NCBI GenBank assembly: GCA_019058425.1
Contig: JAHPYZ010000002.1
Span: 27,880-91,879, forward strand
Direction: 5' to 3'
From: Promethearchaeota archaeon
GTDB lineage: Archaea; Asgardarchaeota; Lokiarchaeia; Sigyniarchaeales; SOKP01
DNA length: 64,000 nucleotides
Below, piece after piece: positions 27,560 through 37,999 of the stretch. Each line of letters begins with the position of its first letter. Positions within the stretch are counted from its first letter, which is position 1. The translations under genes were made by a program, and so were the position numbers. The notes below the pieces were generated by a model. The model was not told the DNA's origin and did no database searches. It saw nothing but the letters and a program-made list of their open reading frames with translations.

Positions 27560-28873
27560 TTAAATAAGACTTCCAAAAAGATTAAATCCATCAACTTTGT
27601 CTATTTTAGCGTTGACAAATGAGCCATATTTACCTTTAAAATTATCTATAAATATATTTTTATACGCAAAATTTCTTCCAAAAGCTTGATTACTCTCTGT
27701 TCCTTCATGTAAAATCAAGACTTCTCCCTCCCAATCTTTCCAATTTCTATTTATATCCATCAAATTATTACGAAAAACTCGTGATAATCTTATAGATCTT
27801 TCTTTTATAGTCTTACTGCTAAGTTGCTCCATTTTTTTTGCTTTAGTTCCTGGTCGAGGCGTGAACTTAGATATATTTAGGATTTCGGGTTTCAACCATT
27901 TTATAAAATTAATTGTTCTATGGAAATCATACTCAGATTCTCCAGGAAATCCGCATATAATATCAGTAGAAACTGTTAGATTCTTGAAATTTTTCTTTAA
28001 TAAATCAAGATTATCAATTATATCAGAGATTACATATTTTCTTTGCATTCTCTTTAAGACATCATCACTTCCAGATTGAATTGGAGTGTGAAGAAACTGA
28101 TAGACTTTCTTTTGATTAAAAATTGAGATTAGTTGGTTAGTTTGATCAAGTAAAAAACTAGGATTTATCATTCCTATTCTTAGAAGAAATTTATAATCTA
28201 ATTTGATTATTCTTTCTACTAATTTAGATAGAGTAGTTCCATTATATTGATATGTACTGCAGTCTTGCGAAGTTAAATATATTTGCTTAATCCCTTGATC
28301 TAACTGATATTCTACATTTTGAACAATGTGTTCTGGATCATAACAATTTAGCTTTCCCCTTGCATTTTTAACACAACAATAAGTACAAGAACCTAAACAT
28401 CCTTCTGAAATTGGTATTATTCCAGTAATTTTCCCAGGAGAATGGTCTATAGAAAACTTAGCTTTATCAATTAGTTTGTTTGACTTTGAAATTATATTCT
28501 TCTTACCACTCTTAATTTCTTGAAGGATTTCAGGTAGATCGATTATCATATTTAAATCAATTATGGCTGCAAATGAAGGAACGATTTTTTTAATAACATC
28601 AATATAATTTGGAGCGATATGAGGCAAACATCCTGCAATAATAATATATTTTTTAAAAGAACTATGAAACCATTCATAAAATTTTTCCAAGCGTGCTTTA
28701 ATTTTATTTTCTGTTTGTTCTTTAACTGCACATGTGTTAATAATTATAAATTGGGCATTTTTCAGTGTTGTTTCTAAATAATTAGCTTTTCTTAAAACAT
28801 TCGAGATTATATATGAGTCCGCTTTATTTGAGGCACATCCATAAGTTTCAATATAGAATGAGTTTTCTAACAC
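27560..28873 (-). CDS. Radical-SAM methylthiotransferase, MiaB/MtaB (CDKAL1-like) family
   Basis: 437 aa. N-terminal UPF0004 domain (IETYGCASNKADS...NTCAVK), radical-SAM CLGSCTYC and a C-terminal TRAM-like region. GTG start. Confidence 0.8.
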   Translation of the reverse strand: MLENSFYIETYGCASNKADSYIISNVLRKANYLETTLKNAQFIIINTCAVKEQTENKIKARLEKFYEWFHSSFKKYIIIAGCLPHIAPNYIDVIKKIVPSFAAIIDLNMIIDLPEILQEIKSGKKNIISKSNKLIDKAKFSIDHSPGKITGIIPISEGCLGSCTYCCVKNARGKLNCYDPEHIVQNVEYQLDQGIKQIYLTSQDCSTYQYNGTTLSKLVERIIKLDYKFLLRIGMINPSFLLDQTNQLISIFNQKKVYQFLHTPIQSGSDDVLKRMQRKYVISDIIDNLDLLKKNFKNLTVSTDIICGFPGESEYDFHRTINFIKWLKPEILNISKFTPRPGTKAKKMEQLSSKTIKERSIRLSRVFRNNLMDINRNWKDWEGEVLILHEGTESNQAFGRNFAYKNIFIDNFKGKYGSFVNAKIDKVDGFNLFGSLI

Positions 28874-28976
28874 ATTAATCCATTTTTAAACAATCTAATA
28901 CTTTATAAAAAGAACATGATTATTATTTATTTAATCAAAATAATCAATTAATCTGAAGATTGGTGAAAATTTCAGT

Positions 28977-29420
28977 ATGAAAATCAAATATATGTACTGC
29001 AAAATATGTAAAAAAGAGGTAGAAGAAGCACGCAGAAAACCACTAGAAACAATGCAGAAAGTAGTTTGGGTTATTGTCATTGTAGCTACAATAGGAATCG
29101 CGGCTATTGCTTATGCGATATATTTGTCTAATAGACCAAAACACTATTGCCCAACTTGCTATACAAAATTAGACTTTTCAGACAAACCTTTTGAAAAACC
29201 AAAAAAGAAAATTGAAGAAATGACAGCTAAAGAAAAAATACTAGCAAAAACTGGTGTGGAAGAAGAAGCGGAAGAAGAGGTTCTAGTTGAAGATAAACCT
29301 GCTGATAAGAAAAAAGAGAAAAAAGAGAAGAAGAAAATTATTTGTTCCTATTGCGGAGAAGAATTAGAGGAAGAGGTCGCAATTTGTCCCTTCTGTCAAG
29401 CAACACTGAAATCTAAATAA
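28977..29420 (+). CDS. Single-TM protein with split zinc-ribbon Cys pairs
   Basis: 147 aa with CKIC ... TM ... CPTC and a C-terminal CSYCG-x11-CPFC, plus a K/E-rich linker. Confidence 0.45.
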   Translation: MKIKYMYCKICKKEVEEARRKPLETMQKVVWVIVIVATIGIAAIAYAIYLSNRPKHYCPTCYTKLDFSDKPFEKPKKKIEEMTAKEKILAKTGVEEEAEEEVLVEDKPADKKKEKKEKKKIICSYCGEELEEEVAICPFCQATLKSK

Positions 29421-29559
29421 AAAACAAATTTCTCATAACTTAATCTATTTTCTTATCAATAAACTAATAAAAATAAATAATAGTAAAACTAATAATTAAA
29501 ATATAGAAATTTGAATACCAATATAAAATAAATTAAAAATATAATAAGATGATATAATT

Positions 29560-30333
29560 ATGCCACGTGGTGCTAGAAAAGCTCCTAACAGGGTGCCTGA
29601 TCCTTTAGATGATTATTCTACTTGGGATATTAGAATTGCAAAAGTTATATATTATGGTCTTATACTAGCTACGGCTATTGTTGTTCTCGGAATTTGGGCA
29701 GTAATCTTAACAGGTTTATTTGGAACTACTGCTTGGCAAATCTTCGTAGGCCTACATCTCGGAATACAGATTGCTATCATTGCTGCTGCTATTACGGGAC
29801 ACTTATTTTTACTTGTCCTTTTTTATACTTTATTCCGAGGCGGTATGGTAAAACTATGTAAAGCTATGTTTAAAGATCGTCGATTAGCAAAAAAATGGGA
29901 AGATTATAGTACTTTAAGACTTCTTATCGGTGTCGCTTTATTTGGTTTATATATTACCATACTTGCACTGCTAATAGGTTTACTTCCTGCTACCTTTTGG
30001 AATGCTATCTGGAATTTATGGGTATGGATGCTGAATAATTTTGGGCTCGGATTATGGATACTATGGTTTGGTCTTGTGGTCTTTATAATAGTTGGAATTA
30101 TCTTCATAGGTTTTATTTTATGGAATCATGGTGTATTTTGGGTTCTAAAACATGTAAAAACTATAGAAGATGAAATGGAAGTTGATGAGCGTATCAAGAA
30201 AGAAGCACTAAAAGAAATGGATGAAAGAACACTACAATCGGTTTATAAAAATGAGACAGGTAAGAAAGCAATACACCGCGGAAAAGAGACAAGAGGCTAT
30301 ATAGAGTGGAAAAAGAAACAGATGGTAGGATAA
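29560..30333 (+). CDS. Multi-pass membrane protein, unknown function
   Basis: 257 aa with about 5 Trp-rich TM helices and a charged C-terminal tail. Confidence 0.4.
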   Translation: MPRGARKAPNRVPDPLDDYSTWDIRIAKVIYYGLILATAIVVLGIWAVILTGLFGTTAWQIFVGLHLGIQIAIIAAAITGHLFLLVLFYTLFRGGMVKLCKAMFKDRRLAKKWEDYSTLRLLIGVALFGLYITILALLIGLLPATFWNAIWNLWVWMLNNFGLGLWILWFGLVVFIIVGIIFIGFILWNHGVFWVLKHVKTIEDEMEVDERIKKEALKEMDERTLQSVYKNETGKKAIHRGKETRGYIEWKKKQMVG

Positions 30334-30560
30334 ACCATAGCTAAAATTTTTTTTAAATTTTTTTTTGTAATCTATAATAATTGAATTTCAATCAAAATCA
30401 TTTTATTTTAATCAAAATCCCTCTGTTATACAAACATAAGGGGTAAATTCTTCGTGTTTTAATTTAATTTTCTTATATAAATGGCATTCTGATGAAAAAT
30501 AGATAATAAATTTGAAAATTAATTAGAAAAAAAAAGAATAAAAAAGAATAAGTTTGAATT

Positions 30561-31520
30561 TTAACGTCTCATCATTCTAGGGTTCCTAAATAACATTAAC
30601 TCTTGATTAGGTATTTTATAATCTGTGGTTGCAGTCTTTTTCATCTTTTTATAGAGCTGTTTAACCAACTTCTCAGCAACTCTCATAAAATTACATGTAA
30701 TTCCGAATAATATCATGTAGACAACAAACATTTTATCTTTTGCATATGTTTCATCAAGAATTTGAATTTCAAAGTTTTTCTGAACTCTCTGACCGTCAAT
30801 TCTCGCGATCTTCTGGTCTCCGATGTAGATCCAGTAGTTTCTTCCTGGTCCTACAATTCCTTTTGCTGAAACCACCTGTAGTTTATCATCACTCTGTTCT
30901 GGAAGTAAGGGCCATGACCAACGTGTACCCATTAATCTCCACCCTCTCACACATCGTGCTAAGTATATTGTTCTTGGGATTTGAAGGAAAAACACGGGAG
31001 CGGGTGTTCTAATTTCATAACTCTGAACCAATGAATGGGCAATACTTAATTCAACACCCCCTTTGAAATTACCGCCTTTAGCTGTTTTCGCGTCTGTGAT
31101 TTTCTCTTCCATAATTGTAAAAATACGGCATGATAATCTTTTTTCCTCAAGAGGGCTCTCTTCCCATTGCTCCTTATTGAAAGCGATAATATATTTTTTC
31201 TCACCATCTTCCTCAACTACACCTTCAATATCAAAATTCTTACTAAACCAACGAGTCTTTGCTTGATATTTAAGCTGCTGATGGACTCCTAATTCTTCAT
31301 CATGCAATCGGGTTCGCCAAAAGTTTACTTTCAGTTTCTTATAAACCGCACGCGCTGGTTTTACAGGTGCTTCGGGTGTAGCCTCTTTTTTTGCTGGTTT
31401 TTTCACTTTCTTTTTTGTTGGAGTTGTTCTAGATTTTTCACGAGGTTTTTTTGCTGCTTTTACTGCAGTTTTTTCAATTTCTTCAACCGGATCCTCAGAT
31501 TCTTCTTCTTTTTTTGACAT
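30561..31520 (-). CDS. Hypothetical protein with Lys/Pro/Ala-rich N-terminal tail and one C-terminal hydrophobic helix
   Basis: 319 aa. The first 60 aa are KKPREKSRTTPTKKKVKKPAKKEATPEAPVKPA-like. A globular beta-rich body follows, then MFVVYMILFGITCNFM near the C-terminus. Confidence 0.4.
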   Translation of the reverse strand: MSKKEEESEDPVEEIEKTAVKAAKKPREKSRTTPTKKKVKKPAKKEATPEAPVKPARAVYKKLKVNFWRTRLHDEELGVHQQLKYQAKTRWFSKNFDIEGVVEEDGEKKYIIAFNKEQWEESPLEEKRLSCRIFTIMEEKITDAKTAKGGNFKGGVELSIAHSLVQSYEIRTPAPVFFLQIPRTIYLARCVRGWRLMGTRWSWPLLPEQSDDKLQVVSAKGIVGPGRNYWIYIGDQKIARIDGQRVQKNFEIQILDETYAKDKMFVVYMILFGITCNFMRVAEKLVKQLYKKMKKTATTDYKIPNQELMLFRNPRMMRR

Positions 31521-31685
31521 AAAATCACTTCTATAATTTAGTTTTTAAATAATTTTTATGTTAAATTTAAGTTCATTTGGATTATTAATATTTTTTACGT
31601 TAAACAATTGTTTTATAAAATCATATATACAATTTCTTATTTAAAAGATTTTTCAGTTTAATTTATTAAATAATCTTAATTATAC

Positions 31686-33353
31686 CTAACTTTTTTTAAA
31701 AAAATCTTGATATTCAGTTCTCATTACTTTTTTATTAAGCTTCCCTACGCTAGTTCTAGGAATTGATTCTACAAATAAAATCTCTTCAGGTAATTGCCAC
31801 TTAGCGAAGTTTTTAGCAAGATGTCTTTGGATTTCTTCTTTTTTCATTGATTGAAATTCTTCTCGTAAAACAATTAATGCTAAGGGTCTTTCATCCCATT
31901 TCGGATGAGAAACACCAATAACTGCAGCTTCAAGGACTTCTGGAAGTGATACTAACGAATTTTCCATATCAATTGAGCTAATCCACTCTCCACCGCTTTT
32001 AATTACATCTTTCATTCTATCAGTTATTTTAAGATATCCTTCAGAGTCAATACAACCAGCATCACCACTCCTAAAGTATCCATCTTCAGTAAAACAATTC
32101 ATTGTATGAGGTGCCTTATAGTAATTTGTAGTAACCCACGGTCCACGGAAAAGAACTTCACCTGAAGATTTACCATCATGAGGTAGTTCATTACCATTCT
32201 CATCAACAACTTTTACATCAAGCCCAGAAACGATTATCCCTTGTTTTTTCTTAAGTTCCCATAGTTCTTCTTCTGGAAGTTCTTTTTTAAGCCATGGTTT
32301 AAATGAATTTAAGGTGCTATTTGACATAGCTTCAGTAGAACCGTAAGAATGAATTATTTCTCCACCAGTTTCATCCCAAAAACCACGCATTAATGTAATT
32401 GGCGGTTCAGAACCGCCACAGATCAAACGAGTACCATTAAAATCTGGTTTTTTTTCCATTTTTTTTATAACTTCTAGCATTGCCATAAAAACAGCTGGAA
32501 CACCTCCAGTTAGAGATACCTTTTCTCGAACCATAATTTTAGTAAGTGCTTCAACATCATTCAAATTCCACTTTCCTGAGAAAATTAATTTAGCGCCAAC
32601 ATAAGTCGCAGCATACGGCATTGACCAACCCAAAACATGAAACATAGGTACTAACTGTAAAACAACATCATTTACTGTAAATGAAAAATAAGCTGCGAAC
32701 ATTAAAGTTTGCAAATATAAATTTCGATGAGAGTAATAAACGCCCTTAGGTTTTCCTGTAGTACCTGTAGTATAACAAGCCGCATAAGCCGAATTTTCAT
32801 CAAGATTTAACCATTTATATTCTGGTAAAGCATTACTTAAGATTTCTTCATAATTATAAATCGGAATCAGATTCGTCTCTATATCCTTTAAATTCTTTTC
32901 AGTGATAATAATATAACCTTTTACTTTATCACATAAATTCGCTATATTTTCTGCTATCTGTATTAAATCTTCATCAACAATAATATATTTTGCTTCAGAA
33001 TGATTTACAATATAAGCTAAATCATGAGGAGCTAGACGTAAATTCAAGGTAACCATTACTGCGCCCATACCTGGTAATCCATAATATATCTCATAATGTT
33101 GATGTGTATTCCATGCTAAAACACCAACCCTGTCAGCTACTTTAACTCCAATTGATTCTAATGCATTTGCTAATCGTTGCATTCTTTCATATGATTCCTT
33201 ATATGTATATCGAAAAAGAGTACCATCTAATTTTCTACTGATAATCTCTTGTCTTGCGAAATTTCTAACCGCATGTTTCATGAAATTTATAACGTTTAAT
33301 TGGTAAATAGGTCCTCCTTCAGTTTCAGCTGGAAATCCTTTAATCAATTTCAT
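31686..33353 (-). CDS. AMP-forming acyl-CoA synthetase (medium/long-chain fatty acid-CoA ligase-like)
   Basis: 555 aa with the canonical ANL motifs YTTGTTGKPKGV, YGSTE, FRSGDAG and GEWISS...GK. Confidence 0.85.
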   Translation of the reverse strand: MKLIKGFPAETEGGPIYQLNVINFMKHAVRNFARQEIISRKLDGTLFRYTYKESYERMQRLANALESIGVKVADRVGVLAWNTHQHYEIYYGLPGMGAVMVTLNLRLAPHDLAYIVNHSEAKYIIVDEDLIQIAENIANLCDKVKGYIIITEKNLKDIETNLIPIYNYEEILSNALPEYKWLNLDENSAYAACYTTGTTGKPKGVYYSHRNLYLQTLMFAAYFSFTVNDVVLQLVPMFHVLGWSMPYAATYVGAKLIFSGKWNLNDVEALTKIMVREKVSLTGGVPAVFMAMLEVIKKMEKKPDFNGTRLICGGSEPPITLMRGFWDETGGEIIHSYGSTEAMSNSTLNSFKPWLKKELPEEELWELKKKQGIIVSGLDVKVVDENGNELPHDGKSSGEVLFRGPWVTTNYYKAPHTMNCFTEDGYFRSGDAGCIDSEGYLKITDRMKDVIKSGGEWISSIDMENSLVSLPEVLEAAVIGVSHPKWDERPLALIVLREEFQSMKKEEIQRHLAKNFAKWQLPEEILFVESIPRTSVGKLNKKVMRTEYQDFFKKS

Positions 33354-33532
33354 AATACTCTCACCTCAATTTCTTAATAATCACTATTATTAGTTTTTTT
33401 TAAATTATTCTATAATTAATGATTTTTCGTGATTATAAATAGTATTTTAATGTTAAAGCTAAAATGAATTTTTATCTATAGTTAAATTACAAATGAGAAT
33501 TTTTTCAGAAATTTAATACGATATTTATTTGG

Positions 33533-35776
33533 TTAAAATCGAACCTCACAACGGTCAGAATCGCAAAACTTTTCTCCAATCGCTCTATCTCTTGTTTCAT
33601 CTAAATTAAATGAACTAAGTTTACTTATTGTTACTTCATATTGTTCTTTAGTAATCTCTTCATAAGGAGCTTGTTTATAACCATGTTCCTTAATTGGTAA
33701 GAAGCTTACACTTTTTAGCTTATCTTCATAACATTCAAGGACGTGCTTTATTTGATCTGCTTCGTCTTCTTGGAATGTAATAGTTATTGATACTTGATTA
33801 TCTGACCAGTATTTTTGATAAGCGGCAGCATTCTCAGCTTGCTCCCAAATTGAAACTTCATTTTTAGACCGATCAAAAAATTTTTCATGGATAGGGAATT
33901 CAGCCACTACTGTATTAGGTGAATATAAATCGTCTTCAATTTTATAACCAGCGTTCTGAATATGTTTAATAAGATCGGAATTATTAGAAAGACGAATTCT
34001 TCTAATATAATATTCTGAATGGGGATAATGAATTCCTGGTGGAACTCCAGGGAGTAAACTAACAGTACCACTTGGTTTTACTGTGGTTATTTTAATTGAA
34101 CGAGGAATGCAAAGCCATCCAGAATATTGTTCATCTAATTCTTGTAGATAATTATAACCTCTACCACACCATTCTAATATTTTTCTCCTTCCATGTCTCA
34201 CGAAAGCTTCAATTATGCCTGTTTGTGAAATACCCATTCGTCTGTTCTTTAACATAACGGCATTAGTTTCCTGCCAATGAGTATTCACTAAAGTTACTGA
34301 TTTGGAATAAAGATATGCATATTTCAATGTCTCCTGAAATTCCTCATATGATTCATGCCGGGATGGAAAGGTTTCAACAAGACAACATAATTCAAAGCTC
34401 TCAAGTGTCTGTTCTCCACAAGGATTGACTCCTGCTGCTTTTTTATCTTTAAAATCGGGTGTATCTCCCATCCTTGAATATGCCTTAGCATTTTCAAGCC
34501 AAAACACTCCCGGTTCTCCATTTACTGCGATTTGATTTGCTATAAATGAATAATCCAACCCTCTAACAGCGAACACTGAGTTATTACTAGCCCATCTATG
34601 AGAATATAAAGCTTTTTCATCTTGTTTACATGTTACAAAATCTAAATCTGCGGGATCACCTAGGGCAATCTCAGCACTCCTGCGTACATTCCCGGCTACA
34701 ACACATTTTCCTATATGATTCATTATATCTACAATGTCAACAGAAGTTATCTTTTGTCCTATACGAGATTCCAATATCTTTTGAACATCTTCTAACATCT
34801 GTTTTAAAGGTTCAGGACCAGAAGCAATCCCTCCGAACCCCCGTATTGGCTCTCCAGCAGTTCTAATTAAACTAAAATCATAATGAGGAGCTTGCTTTCC
34901 TAAGAAATATGCTTCTAACAGTAATTTCAAGGATTCAACCCATCCTTCTCTACTATCAGGTAGTTGAAAATCGAAGTTTCCTTCCTTTGGTTGCTTTATT
35001 GTAATTTTTTCTGCTCCTTTGGTATCAAATCCAACTCCAACACCAAGCATCAATGCATCCATGACGAATTCAAAGGCTTTAGAATATTTTAGATTGATAT
35101 CTTCAGTAGATGCAAAACCACAGTTATTTAAAGACATTGAACCATGCCGTGCTATGAATTCTGTACCCATCATCCATAATCCTCGCCCAGGAGGAAGGAA
35201 TTTAAAGTTCCAAATCTTTTCGAACATTATTTGAGCAGAGTGTTGAGCTTTTTCATCAGTCCAAGGCAAACTTAGCTTTATACAGTGTTCTTTCTGAATT
35301 GAATAGCAGCCTTCTACAACTCTTCTAATGGTTTCCCAGAATTCTTCTTTTCTATTTTCCTTTTCAATAATTCTTGCATAAGTACGTTTATAAGTAATAT
35401 ATCCTAAAGGGCCCCAATCAGGTTGTTTCCCTTTAAATTTATTTAAAAATTCTTCATCTAATGTAAAGGAAATATTTTCTAAATTAATCGCACGTGCAAA
35501 AAGATTTCTATATTTATTCATCCCTCGCTGAGTTAATTCAACACACACCAATTCTCTTATATAATTTGTCGTAATTTCATCCATTCCAAGACCTATTATT
35601 TTTCGAATGACATCTTCAGCTACTTCCTCAGAAATATGCATATCAAGTCCAGTTTCTTTGTTTAATATCTTAGCGATGCTATCTTCATCGAACTTTTGCT
35701 TTTCACCTTTGGAATTAATAACATATTTTGGATATAAATCTATTAACGAGAAGGAATTATCGGGCATTTTCTTCAT
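33533..35776 (-). CDS. nrdJ: Class II (adenosylcobalamin-dependent) ribonucleotide reductase, monomeric RTPR-like, with N-terminal ATP-cone-like segment
   Basis: 747 aa. FWETIRRVVEG, PPGRGLWMMGT and the active-site NPCGEQTLESFELCCL resemble Lactobacillus-leichmannii-type class II RNRs. Confidence 0.8.
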   Translation of the reverse strand: MKKMPDNSFSLIDLYPKYVINSKGEKQKFDEDSIAKILNKETGLDMHISEEVAEDVIRKIIGLGMDEITTNYIRELVCVELTQRGMNKYRNLFARAINLENISFTLDEEFLNKFKGKQPDWGPLGYITYKRTYARIIEKENRKEEFWETIRRVVEGCYSIQKEHCIKLSLPWTDEKAQHSAQIMFEKIWNFKFLPPGRGLWMMGTEFIARHGSMSLNNCGFASTEDINLKYSKAFEFVMDALMLGVGVGFDTKGAEKITIKQPKEGNFDFQLPDSREGWVESLKLLLEAYFLGKQAPHYDFSLIRTAGEPIRGFGGIASGPEPLKQMLEDVQKILESRIGQKITSVDIVDIMNHIGKCVVAGNVRRSAEIALGDPADLDFVTCKQDEKALYSHRWASNNSVFAVRGLDYSFIANQIAVNGEPGVFWLENAKAYSRMGDTPDFKDKKAAGVNPCGEQTLESFELCCLVETFPSRHESYEEFQETLKYAYLYSKSVTLVNTHWQETNAVMLKNRRMGISQTGIIEAFVRHGRRKILEWCGRGYNYLQELDEQYSGWLCIPRSIKITTVKPSGTVSLLPGVPPGIHYPHSEYYIRRIRLSNNSDLIKHIQNAGYKIEDDLYSPNTVVAEFPIHEKFFDRSKNEVSIWEQAENAAAYQKYWSDNQVSITITFQEDEADQIKHVLECYEDKLKSVSFLPIKEHGYKQAPYEEITKEQYEVTISKLSSFNLDETRDRAIGEKFCDSDRCEVRF

Positions 35777-36184
35777 CTATAATTATGTATAATTTTGATA
35801 TTTTAATTTTATCGGCTAAATTCATTATATACTAATTTTTATTGCCTTAACCGTCCTATAAACTTATGATTTCTTTTAATTTAAAATTAATTATTCCTTT
35901 ATATTAAGCTATTGATTAATCTCTTTAATGCTTACTTATTTAAAGTTTGATAAATCTATGGAATATACACAAATTTATACATATATTTTTATTGATTTTA
36001 TTAAATAGAATCCTAAATATTATTTTGTCGAGATTATATCGGTTTTCTATTATTAAAAATAATCTATTACATTTAAAAGAAAATTCCGATATAAATTACT
36101 AATTTGTAAATTTATGTTTTGCAAAGATTTTTATTCTTAAAGTTTGAATTGGAATTTAATAAAACTGTTCTTAACTTTAAACTT

Positions 36185-36919
36185 ATGACACTTGAATTAA
36201 TCGAAATTATAAACAGTTTCTTTAGCTTATTGTCAGTTACTGTGTTTGCAATTGTTGGAATAATTATTATCATACGGTATTTCGAGTATATGAATAAAAA
36301 TTTATTATATATGGGTGCTGCTTGGGCAATAATGGGGTTACCTTGGTTACCCTCTGCTGTAGCATTCATAGTTTATTTAGCAAGTAGTCAATTTTTACCA
36401 CTTTGGCTCTATTTAATTCTTGGATATCCTCTAGTTCCAGTACAAATAATATTGTTTTCAATTGTATTAACTGAAGCAAAATATAAAGAAAAGCAAAGAC
36501 TTATCGTATTATTCTTAACTCTATTCGGAGCTGTTTTTGAAATATTCTTTTTTACCTTCTTATTTGTTAATCCGTTATTTCTCGCAGAGCCTACGCTTAG
36601 CCCTGTTGATATTGATTTTGGTGGTATTATGATTGGATGTTTAGTGACCTTTTTAATATTGAACGTATCTATGGGTATACTTATTGGTAGAGAGTCTCTA
36701 AAATCTGAAATTCCTGAAGTAAGATTAAAAGGTAAATTTATTCTTTCAGCATTTATTATAGTTTTGTTTGGGGCAGGTATTGATGCAATACTCCCAATCA
36801 CGTTTATAGCATTACCTGTTGTGAGAATTCTTTTAATATTGACAGCAATTCTCTTCTACTTTGGTTTTATAACGCCAGATTGGCTTAAAAAACGTCTTTT
36901 AGATAAAAAGAAGGATTAA
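36185..36919 (+). CDS. Multi-pass membrane protein, unknown function
   Basis: The track ORF starts at TTG 36119. ATG 36185 (MTLELIEIINS...) is the first ATG and precedes about 7 TM helices. Confidence 0.4.
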   Translation: MTLELIEIINSFFSLLSVTVFAIVGIIIIIRYFEYMNKNLLYMGAAWAIMGLPWLPSAVAFIVYLASSQFLPLWLYLILGYPLVPVQIILFSIVLTEAKYKEKQRLIVLFLTLFGAVFEIFFFTFLFVNPLFLAEPTLSPVDIDFGGIMIGCLVTFLILNVSMGILIGRESLKSEIPEVRLKGKFILSAFIIVLFGAGIDAILPITFIALPVVRILLILTAILFYFGFITPDWLKKRLLDKKKD

Positions 36920-37033
36920 ATTTCAGTTCTAATAATTTTTATTTTTTTAATATAAGATAAAACAATAAAAATATCGTCTGATTAATTTTTTTAAATAATT
37001 TGATTTTAAAAACATGTAAAGAGTGAATTATTT

Positions 37034-37861
37034 ATGACATCTATAGAAAATATGTTAATTATTATTGGATTCTCTGCACTAATTCTTTTATTTTATCTTA
37101 TAATAGCTTTTATAGTCGGTACAATAAAAAAAGATAATGGTCTAATGGATGTCTTCTATGGCCCTGGATATTCTGTAGTAGCTCTAACAAGTATTATCTA
37201 TTATTTTATTTTAGAAAATACAATTAATATTCGACAAATTGTAGTAACATTATTAGTTATCATATGGTCAATAAGACTTGCTTCATACGTGTTCATTAGA
37301 AATCGAGGGAAACCAGAAGATTATCGCTATAAAGCTATGAGAGAACGATGGAAAACTAATATCATATTAAAAAGTCTGATTAGAGTATATATTTTTCAAG
37401 GTATCGTTATCTTCATAGTGGCATTTCCTGTATGGTTTGTGAATATGAGCACTAATCCACCCATATTTAATTTATTAGACTTTACTGGAATAACTTTATG
37501 GCTTGGTACGCTTATTTGGTTAATAGGATTTCTTTTTGAAACAATCGGCGATTACACACTCTATAAATTCTTGCAAAAACCAGAAAATAAAGGAGAAGTT
37601 ATGGATAGAGGAGTATGGAAATTGTCACAACATCCAAACTACTTTGGAGAGGTAACTCAGTGGTGGGGAATATATATAATTGCTATAGCAACTCCATTTG
37701 GGTTTATTAGTATTCTAGGACCAATTTTTATTACCTACATGATTATTAAAGTATCTGGAATAAAACTTTTAGATAAAAGATTTGAAACCGATGATAAATA
37801 TGCTGAATATAAGCGAAGAACTAGTGTATTCTTTCCTTGGTTTCCCAAAAAAAAGAAATAA
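37034..37861 (+). CDS. DUF1295 / steroid 5-alpha-reductase-like membrane protein
   Basis: 275 aa. GVWKLSQHPNYFGEVTQWWGIYI is the family signature (S.HPNYFGE..WWG). Confidence 0.7.
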   Translation: MTSIENMLIIIGFSALILLFYLIIAFIVGTIKKDNGLMDVFYGPGYSVVALTSIIYYFILENTINIRQIVVTLLVIIWSIRLASYVFIRNRGKPEDYRYKAMRERWKTNIILKSLIRVYIFQGIVIFIVAFPVWFVNMSTNPPIFNLLDFTGITLWLGTLIWLIGFLFETIGDYTLYKFLQKPENKGEVMDRGVWKLSQHPNYFGEVTQWWGIYIIAIATPFGFISILGPIFITYMIIKVSGIKLLDKRFETDDKYAEYKRRTSVFFPWFPKKKK

Positions 37862-37999
37862 TCTACATTTTCTTCTTTCAACTTTTTATTTTTTTCTCCA
37901 CTAATCCTATGATATTGAATCTGAAAATTTTTAAATATTCAAAAGTATATACACAAAAAAGTAATTGAAAAGCACTTAGAAAAGAAATTTATAACCTTA

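Noticed and set aside
30390-30420. Direct repeat AATCAAAATC x2 (20 nt apart) in the 30334-30560 intergenic region
   Set aside because: It is short and AT-rich, so expected by chance at this base composition. There is no associated palindrome or ORF.
31063-31517. Plus-strand ORFs 31063-31266 and 31302-31517 (Cys/Phe-rich)
   Set aside because: They are antisense to the Lys-rich 5' part of the 30561-31520 gene. The F/C-rich translation is the complement of AAG/AAA codons.
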